Of a stretch of DNA of 64,000 nt, positions 1 through 7,092 are shown one piece after another. This stretch comes from Granulicella sp. (lineage in GTDB: Bacteria > Acidobacteriota > Terriglobia > Terriglobales > Acidobacteriaceae). Position numbers and translations under genes: made by a program. How positions within the stretch are numbered: position 1 is the first letter of the stretch; each line of letters begins with the position of its first letter. The DNA is taken from the NCBI GenBank assembly GCA_025357875.1, contig JANYLK010000030.1, forward strand, positions 1,066 through 65,065. Direction: 5' to 3'. Below the pieces are notes generated by a model. The model had not been told where the DNA came from, ran no database searches, and was given only the letters and a program-made list of their open reading frames with translations.

Positions 1-881
1 ATTATCAAATGGTCACGTAGCGACACTATTGGGCTATGTGGCACTACTAACAATTCTGCAACTCTTGCCACTACTTTTTTATAAGCGAATTCCGGACTTG
101 ACACGACTGGAGGCACCCTTATGATGGCCTGCAGACCGCCCCGAGTGCACGTGAGCTGACCACTGTGCCAGCTCGACGAAAATATCGAACTTGAGTTCTT
201 CCCCAGCAGGCATCTTCAAAACCAACTGTCGGGTCTTGAGTTCCTCGTTCACTCCAGGCTTGGTAGCCGCAACATTATGGGGAAGATGTGAGTACCGGAT
301 TGACGAGGGCAAGCGTGTGGAACATTGGTTCAAATGGAACCTGATGTCCCTTATGCAGCAACTCGGGACCGGAACAACTCCGGCAGCCTCACTGGACTCA
401 AGTTCTCCGCTCGTATGAAATAGAAGTCAGTTGTAAATCTTTGCGGGGTGCCCATCGACCGCGACAACATACTGACGGTGAAGCTTCCTTCCGATCGCGC
501 TGAAGATGATCCGAAATGTCATGGCGGAGATAGCGCAAGTGCCGTACCGTAACAGAACAAAATACGACAGTCTCGCGACGAACTACTGGTAGATACGGAG
601 GCCTAAGAAATTCGGAATGGAGGGCATGATTATGGAAACCATTTCGACGATTCGCAAGTAACTCCATGCATAGTCAGCCGCGTCTAGACCGCGTTCCCTC
701 GATCGGTGAAGCCAAGATCGAATCTTCGCAGCGTAACCTCTCGCTTACCGAAATTTCTTGGGACTTTGCCTGTGAACTGTCGAGGCCGCTGTGAATCGAT
801 CTTGACTTTTGATCCACAACTCAATACCGGTTCGGGGGACAGTAAGCGCGATGGCTCCCCTTTTCCTAAGCAATCCCGGAG

Positions 882-1595
882 TTAGGCAGAGCGCCCTAAA
901 TGTTCTGGCGGAACTAAATTCAGATAGCCATTCGTCGGTGGGATAAGTGCATCATCCTGCGAGCCACCAGCGTTGCTTCGGATGAGTGTAAAAATGTCTA
1001 ATACTGTAGCAATACTGCGGATGTTCCCTGCAACGCTCATAACCTCTTCGATACCGGTATGTCTGTGTGCCAGGGTCTCAAGGCGTTCACTCACATTGCG
1101 TAGTTTTTCAGCTTCCGACAGAATATCCTCGAAAGGTCCGAAGTAGCAGGTACCTGTCGTGGAGGTGCTTGTTACTGTCGTGTCCAACTTCGCTTTCACT
1201 TCAAGCTGAAGGGGTGCACCTTCTATCAACCGCACCGTTGCCGCCTCCCCAAGGAGGGTAAGAAATAGTCCGAGCAGCTGTGCAATCAGAATGGTTCCAA
1301 CCTCCCCGCCTTCATCCGTATCCATTTGGAATTCAACTTCGGCGAGACCGCGCAAACCTCCATTCGCCGTTATCTGCACCGCACTGAGCCTTGGAGACTG
1401 CGACTTAGCCAGAGATACAGCCCGAGAGGCGAGCGCCTGAAAGCCGTCGACCCCTACGGGTGCGCAGAGCTGGCGACGGAGCTTCTCATAGACGCGAAGA
1501 GTGGCAAGCTCAGTGTGTGCGGAACACGGATCAGCATCAATTTCGGAGGCAATGAGCCTGCGGGCCCAATCGCGAATCATTGGTGGAGGAAGCAT
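882..1595 (-). CDS. Uncharacterised helical protein, paralog of the 1942-2361 gene, with an extra C-terminal helical domain
   Basis: 237-aa ATG ORF with aggagag upstream. It shares RVxxKLRRxL, GxxGFxxLxxRA, LAKxxSPxL and LIAxLLGL..GE..T.RL with the divergent neighbour. Confidence 0.75.
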   Translation of the reverse strand: MLPPPMIRDWARRLIASEIDADPCSAHTELATLRVYEKLRRQLCAPVGVDGFQALASRAVSLAKSQSPRLSAVQITANGGLRGLAEVEFQMDTDEGGEVGTILIAQLLGLFLTLLGEAATVRLIEGAPLQLEVKAKLDTTVTSTSTTGTCYFGPFEDILSEAEKLRNVSERLETLAHRHTGIEEVMSVAGNIRSIATVLDIFTLIRSNAGGSQDDALIPPTNGYLNLVPPEHLGRSA

Positions 1596-1780
1596 TAGTT
1601 CTCTCCTTGCGTGCTACGCCTCACTTTGAATGTGAGGATTTCATCGCGACAATACTTCTAGCCAGTTGCTTTGGCAATGATAATCCCGGCGCATTTGCAC
1701 GCTGACGCCACACAGACCAACCTATCTGAAATATTCTTTGGAAGCCGAGCACTATTGACCAATATGACTCGCCGTTCGTC

Positions 1781-1856
1781 GTTCTGCGCCGTAGTCGAGA
1801 TTACGGCTGTATATCAGTGTTCTGCGCCGTAGTCGAGATTACGGCTGTATATCAGT
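1781..1856. repeat. Perfect tandem duplication of a 38-bp unit (2 copies)
   Basis: gttctgcgccgtagtcgagattacggctgtatatcagt at 1781-1818 and 1819-1856. Each unit contains the near-palindrome gccgta-gtcgagat-tacggc. Confidence 0.95.
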
Positions 1857-1941
1857 CATTTTAGAGTTGGAAGTGATCTGCTTTGATCAGTCAGCGGATT
1901 CTCTGCGGAGTACACTCTGTGTTATACAAGACGGTTAGTAG

Positions 1942-2361
1942 ATGGTAAGAAGCGCAGATATTCCGACGACACGCGATCTTGCCCAGCAACTTCTGGCTTA
2001 CGAAGGGGCTGAGGCAGGTCCTTCCATGGCCGATGTGCACGCGGTGTCTCGGGTGTGTGACAAGCTCCGCCGACCTTTGACTACGCTGGCTGGGGCAGCG
2101 GGATTTCGTTCGCTCCTGGCGCGCGCGTTGACCTTGGCAAAGCAGGAGTCTCCTGTCCTTGGCGCATGGGAAGTTAAGCCGGACGGCTCGCTGAAGGGCC
2201 TGAATGGCGAAGCGGCGCAGTCGGGTGCCGTGCTCATTGCGCACTTACTCGGGCTGATGATCACATTCATCGGCGAGTCTCTCACGCTCCGACTCCTCCA
2301 TGATGTGTGGCTGGATCTACCCCGTTCTGAAATTAAACCTGGAAGGAAAGAATCAGAATGA
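1942..2361 (+). CDS. Uncharacterised small helical protein, first gene of the KaiC-like operon
   Basis: 139-aa ORF. Its stop overlaps the KaiC-like start (ATGA overlap at 2358-2361), and it is a paralog of 882-1595. Confidence 0.8.
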   Translation: MVRSADIPTTRDLAQQLLAYEGAEAGPSMADVHAVSRVCDKLRRPLTTLAGAAGFRSLLARALTLAKQESPVLGAWEVKPDGSLKGLNGEAAQSGAVLIAHLLGLMITFIGESLTLRLLHDVWLDLPRSEIKPGRKESE

Positions 2362-3863
2362 ATGAGCAGAGCAGGGTCAAAATAAACCAGTTGCCGACCG
2401 GAGTACCCGGACTGGATGAGATACTCGGCGGCGGCCTGCCCGAATTTTCCTTCAACATCATCGCCGGATCGCCCGGATGCGGTAAAACCACCTTGGCGCA
2501 TCAGTTCATCTTCGCCAACGCCACGGTGGAGCGGCCTGCCATTTACTTCACCGTACTGGGCGAACCTGCGCTGAAAATGCTGCGCTACCAGCAGCAGTTC
2601 ACCTTCTTCGATGCATCGAAGCTGAACAACGCCGTGCGCTTCGTTAACCTGAGTCAGGAACTCGTCGATCGCGGACTACAAGGCGTCCTGGAGGAGATAT
2701 CTAGACAGGTGGAAGCCGCCAACCCAAGTATTGTGGTCGTGGACTCCTTCCGCACCGTGCTCCGCAGCGAGATGCACAACGGCAAGGACATGGCTGTGCA
2801 AACGTTTGTACAGCAATTGGCGCTGCTACTCACCAGTTGGGAGGCCACCACGTTCCTGATTGGCGAGTATTCCGAATCGGAGGTGCGCGACAATCCCGTC
2901 TTCACTGTTTCCGACGGTCTGTTCTGGCTTTTTCAGCAAGTCGATCGAAACTCTGTTGTGCGCAAGATGCAGGTTATGAAGCTGCGAGGACAGGCTTCGG
3001 TGCCGGGTCTGCACACCTTCCGCATCACCGAAGCCGGGCTGCAGGCTTTCTCGCGCACCCTTGGCCTGTTAGGCCAAAGGAAAACAGCCAGGAGTATCAA
3101 GCGCCTTTCCATGGGGATTCCGGCGTTAGACGAGATGATGGGTGGAGGCATTCCCGAAGGAGACAGCCTATTGATCGCCGGGTCATCCGGGACGGGAAAA
3201 TCACTGATGGCGACGCAATTCCTTGCGGCAGGCATACGTGCGGGCGAGCCGGGCATTGCAGCGGTATTTGAGGAGCGGCCTAACGAATACACAGCACGCG
3301 CCTCGGAATTCGGACTCGACCTTCAAACGCCGCTTGCCGATGGCAGCCTCGAAGTGATCTACCTGCGACCGCTGGACCTGTCGGTGGACGAGATGATGCA
3401 GGAAATCCTTGATGCCGTCAAAAGGACGGGAGCAAAGCGTTTGGTGATCGATTCCCTGGCCGGCTTCGAGATGGCATTGGCACCCGCCTTCCGCGCCGAC
3501 TTTCGCGAATCGCTCTATCGTATGATCTTCGCCCTCACAGCTATCGGCATCACCGTTCTCAGCACCCTGGAGATGCCGGAGACATTCACCGAGTTGCTTT
3601 TCAGCAGCTATTCCATCTCGTTTCTCACCGACGATATTATTCGGATGCGTTATGTTGAGATCGATGGTGAGCTCAGCCAGATTATGATGGTGGTGAAAAT
3701 GCGCAGGGGTGCGCACAGCCGGGAGATCCGCCAATATCAGATCACCACCGAGGGAATTGTCATCGGGGCGCGCTTGAAGAACTACGTAGACCTCATCACC
3801 GGAATCCCACAACCGCTCGCGGTCTTGCACTCGGAAGATTTGCTGCTCAACCGGAAGATTTAA
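2358..3863 (+). CDS. KaiC-like (RAD55/KaiC family) double-domain RecA-superfamily ATPase
   Basis: Two repeats of the LxxGIPGLDEMxGGG motif, two Walker A motifs (GSPGCGKT, GSSGTGKS), two Walker B motifs (VVVDS, LVIDS), and KLRG / KMRRG motifs. 501 aa. Confidence 0.9.
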   Translation: MNEQSRVKINQLPTGVPGLDEILGGGLPEFSFNIIAGSPGCGKTTLAHQFIFANATVERPAIYFTVLGEPALKMLRYQQQFTFFDASKLNNAVRFVNLSQELVDRGLQGVLEEISRQVEAANPSIVVVDSFRTVLRSEMHNGKDMAVQTFVQQLALLLTSWEATTFLIGEYSESEVRDNPVFTVSDGLFWLFQQVDRNSVVRKMQVMKLRGQASVPGLHTFRITEAGLQAFSRTLGLLGQRKTARSIKRLSMGIPALDEMMGGGIPEGDSLLIAGSSGTGKSLMATQFLAAGIRAGEPGIAAVFEERPNEYTARASEFGLDLQTPLADGSLEVIYLRPLDLSVDEMMQEILDAVKRTGAKRLVIDSLAGFEMALAPAFRADFRESLYRMIFALTAIGITVLSTLEMPETFTELLFSSYSISFLTDDIIRMRYVEIDGELSQIMMVVKMRRGAHSREIRQYQITTEGIVIGARLKNYVDLITGIPQPLAVLHSEDLLLNRKI

Positions 3864-3875
3864 TATAGAGGTACG

Positions 3876-5108
3876 GTGGCAACCGAAAAGGTCGATTACG
3901 CCGAGAAGGAAGTGGACCTGCCGGCCCTCTGTCGCGCCGCGGCCGACTTTTCGCCTACGCCAATGGCTGCGTTGAGCGGTCCCCAACACACACTCCGCTA
4001 CGTCAACCTGGCCTTTTGCCTGCTTACCGGCAAATCGAAAGATGAATTGATCGGAACCGCCTTCTCCGGCATTGCTCCCTCCGCGAACCAATGCACGTTA
4101 CTGCTAGACCGGGTTGCCAAGACAGGGCTTGCCGATAGCCATACTGGCCAGGAGCATCCTGGTATCCACCCGCACTACTGGTCGTACGCGATGTGGCCGT
4201 TGCTCGGGGCGAACCATAACCACCTTGGCATCATGGTCCAGGTAACTCAGGCGGTCCGATTTCATGAGGATGCGGTCGTCATGAATCAGGCGTTGCTCCT
4301 GGGCTCGGTGCGTCAGCACGAGTTGAGGGAAGCAGCGGAACTGCTGAACGTGCAACTTCAGGCCGCAATCACCCGGGGAAAGAAGGCGGAAACCGCGCTG
4401 ATCGGCAGCGAGAAGCTGGCATCTGCCGGACGCATGGCTGCTGTGCTCGCGCATGAGATTAACAACCCTCTTGAAGCGGTGATGAACTTGTTGTTCCTCG
4501 CCCAATCTACAGGCGAAATACCTTTGGTCATCCGTCGGTATTTGGAGTCGGCTGACGGTGAGTTGAAGCGGATTGCCCACATCACCCGGCAGACGCTTGG
4601 TTTCTATCGTGAGTCGTCCGCGTCGACGACTTTTCCCGTTGTGAATCTGCTTAATTCCGTCATCGACCTTCTGCAGGCAAAGATGGAGTCCACACACGTC
4701 ATTGTGGAAAAGCAGTGCGACGATCTGCTGCAAATCACCGCGAACTTCGGCGAACTGCGGCAAGTGATCTCAAACTTATTGCTCAACAGCCTCGATGCGC
4801 TTGGCAAAGGAGGCAGGGTCACGCTGCGGGCTTCCAAGTCGCTAAACCCCATGGATGGAAGCCCGCGCATTCGGATTACTGTCGCCGATAATGGCCAGGG
4901 TATCAGCGCGGCGGCACTGCCGAGGATATTTGAGCCATTTTTCACGACCAAGGGCTCGACAGGAAATGGCCTGGGCTTATGGGTAACCAGGCAGCTCATC
5001 GAGAAACACGGGGGCTCCATTTGGGTTCGTTCGCGCACATCCGAGCCGCAGGGAACAACGTTTTCCATGGTTTTGCCAGTGCGTGCCCATGACACAACTT
5101 CAATGTGA
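3876..5108 (+). CDS. PAS-domain sensor histidine kinase (soluble)
   Basis: H-box AHEINNPL, N-box NLLLNSLDA, G1 DNGQGI, F-box IFEPFFTTK, G2 GNGLGL. N-terminal PAS-like segment (YVNLAFCLLTGKSKDELIG). No TM helix seen. Confidence 0.92.
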   Translation: MATEKVDYAEKEVDLPALCRAAADFSPTPMAALSGPQHTLRYVNLAFCLLTGKSKDELIGTAFSGIAPSANQCTLLLDRVAKTGLADSHTGQEHPGIHPHYWSYAMWPLLGANHNHLGIMVQVTQAVRFHEDAVVMNQALLLGSVRQHELREAAELLNVQLQAAITRGKKAETALIGSEKLASAGRMAAVLAHEINNPLEAVMNLLFLAQSTGEIPLVIRRYLESADGELKRIAHITRQTLGFYRESSASTTFPVVNLLNSVIDLLQAKMESTHVIVEKQCDDLLQITANFGELRQVISNLLLNSLDALGKGGRVTLRASKSLNPMDGSPRIRITVADNGQGISAAALPRIFEPFFTTKGSTGNGLGLWVTRQLIEKHGGSIWVRSRTSEPQGTTFSMVLPVRAHDTTSM

Positions 5109-5138
5109 TCGCGACTGGGGCTTCCCACATTGAAGGAG

Positions 5139-5180
5139 ATTTTCGAGCTGTTCTTCACGACAAAAGGCTTGATCGGGACT
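5139..5180 (+). pseudogene. Short relic of a second histidine kinase C-terminus (F-box)
   Basis: Translates as IFELFFTTKGLIGT, echoing IFEPFFTTKGSTG of the upstream kinase. The rest of the ORF has no kinase features. Confidence 0.45.
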
Positions 5181-6057
5181 GAACACGTGGAGACAAACAA
5201 CTCATCCATGGTAAAGAGTAGATCGTCGTTCGTGCCCAATACTGCGGCGCGTAGCCAGCCAACCGCTGTGTCCTATGTCGTTCAACCTAGTCTCGAGGCA
5301 CGGTGGGTTAGCCGTTCATCGCTCAGCTGATCAGTCGAGAAACGATTGCATGATTTCGTCGTTCCTGAACCAAGCCAAGCGTCAAAGGATCGAATTTGTC
5401 TTTCCATGGTTTGCAATGGTCGTAAGTTCTTTGCTAAGGACGCGAACTGTGCGAAAGACTTGTCTCAATAACCTATTCGCGATCGTAAAGGAAAGCCTCT
5501 TACCATCGGCGGCGCCCCCGGAGTATCCAGCGTACTGAGAGCCTTCTCACCAGTTGAGGTAATAGAAGGCTCTTGAGATCGAGACGCGTACTCCCTTCGC
5601 GGGAGCGAGCAATCATGTCAAAGGCCTCCGGGATGAAAAGCGTCGCGTTAGACCGATTGGGGATATGCTACCGCCCTTTGCAAGGAAGGACGTGTCGCAC
5701 TCCTGTTGTTTGTGTCTGTTAGCGGGTACAGCGATTCTCCACGGATTTACAACGATGGGCGATGTAATCGGCGCTGTCGAGGTATAAGGTGCAGAGTTGT
5801 GAATAATAGGGGTTGCCACTTTAGCGGCCATCGATCGCCTCCTATCAACACGGTACTGAATCGCACATGGGCTGGTCTGGTCAATACGGACCACAACCTC
5901 AGTGATCCCCGCTTGAAAAGAAAGCGTCACAACAAAGTCAGTAGTCTTTCCTCAGAGTCCGATGGCATGACAAGCGCATGGCGCAGTGTGGCATATAGGA
6001 GAACCGCCGAATACAGGGCAGTCTTGCCGTCCTCAAATGACACAACAACTCCATTTT

Positions 6058-6317
6058 CCAGCGCGCCATGATCGCTTCTTTGATACCGGAGGCGTGGCAA
6101 AACTGTGCCAGCGCGATCTTGCCGCGAACCGGATGCATCTCCACGCCATTTCGCAGAACATCGAGCGTTGCCGCGAGCACCGATCTGAGCGCGCAGACGT
6201 TCCAGCAGCCGCTTATCCGCATCGAGACCGTGACCGTTGGCCAATGCCTGGCACGCCTCAGGCTGCAACCCCTGCACCTACGCAATCACGTTCTCGGAAA
6301 ACAGCGAGCGCCCGGTC
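6058..6317 (-). pseudogene. Decayed N-terminal fragment of a type I restriction endonuclease R subunit (HsdR-like)
   Basis: Joined across frames it reads DRALA/LFSENVIA*VQGLQPEACQALANGHGLDADKRLLERLRAQIGARG/TLDVLRNGVEM..KIALAQFCHASGIKEAIMARW. This resembles HsdR N-termini as I recall them (DRARALFP..WVQATQPKAW..L..RLRxQLDxRGTLDVLRHG). It has an in-frame TAG at 6278-6280 and about two frameshifts. Confidence 0.55.
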
Positions 6318-6447
6318 GGAAGCCTTCGATTCAGGGAAACTGCCCGGAAACATGCCTTGACAAGTATTTGGTACAAGGACGGCGCCGTAGAAACTCGGGC
6401 ACAGCAGCGCCAATCTGATTCACCGTTGCGGCCCAACGCCGTGAACC

Positions 6448-7073
6448 ATGAAAAAAACTGATAATTCAGGCACAGTCTATCTCCGCGGCGACATCTGGTG
6501 GGTTAAAACCGGGTCAACGGCCGGTCCGTTTACAAGTCTTCAAAGTCAGCCAAGCTGGCTGACGAAACCAAGCTCAGGGACAAATTGATAGCGCAGCGTC
6601 ACCGGGGCGAATTCAAGGGTGGAGCTTCCGATACGGTTACAATCGGCAAACTACTGGACGATGTGCTCAAGTCCGACATCACCGGATCTACCCGCTACGT
6701 CTGGAAGGCAGTCATCGAGAAGAACATCCGGCCCTTCTTCGGCAAAATACGCGCAGTCAAACTGACAACGGACAAGATGGACGCCTACCGCGAGAGGCGG
6801 AAGGGGGAGGAACGCACCGATGCAGCAGCGAATCGAGAAGTTTCGATCGTGCGGACGGCGTTCAACAACGCCCGCAAGCGCGCCCCTCTCAAGGTCAACG
6901 TGGTTCCCTATTTCCCCATGATCGAGGAGAAGACTATCCGCCCGGGCTACCTGGCTGATGACGTGTACGACCGTCTCCGCGACGAGTTGCCTCAGTACCT
7001 GAAGGCAATCTTTGTGTGCGCCTATGAAACCGGGATGCGCAAGAATGAACGGTTGGTCCTTGCTTTTTCCTGA
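6448..7073 (+). pseudogene. Truncated, frameshifted tyrosine recombinase / phage integrase
   Basis: ATG at 6448 gives MKKTDNSGTVYLRGDIWWVK. After a frameshift near 6508 it continues RVNGRSVYKSS...ANREVSIVRTAFN...AYETGMRKNE and stops just after the catalytic Arg box. The distal H-x-x-R and Tyr motifs are missing. Confidence 0.8.
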
Positions 7074-7092
7074 TACAAAATAGGGTTGTCGG

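Noticed and set aside
1781-1856. Possible CRISPR repeat (38 bp, palindromic)
   Set aside because: Only two copies, directly adjacent, with no spacer and no cas genes.
3201-4091. 296-aa minus-strand ORF (and similar 200-260-aa antisense ORFs at 17597, 19202, 30441, 53277, 57558)
   Set aside because: They lie opposite well-supported genes in a GC-rich genome and have no recognisable domains.
5275-6000. Short ORFs of 87-121 aa on both strands
   Set aside because: No motifs, RBS or coherent composition. Treated as non-coding or eroded DNA.
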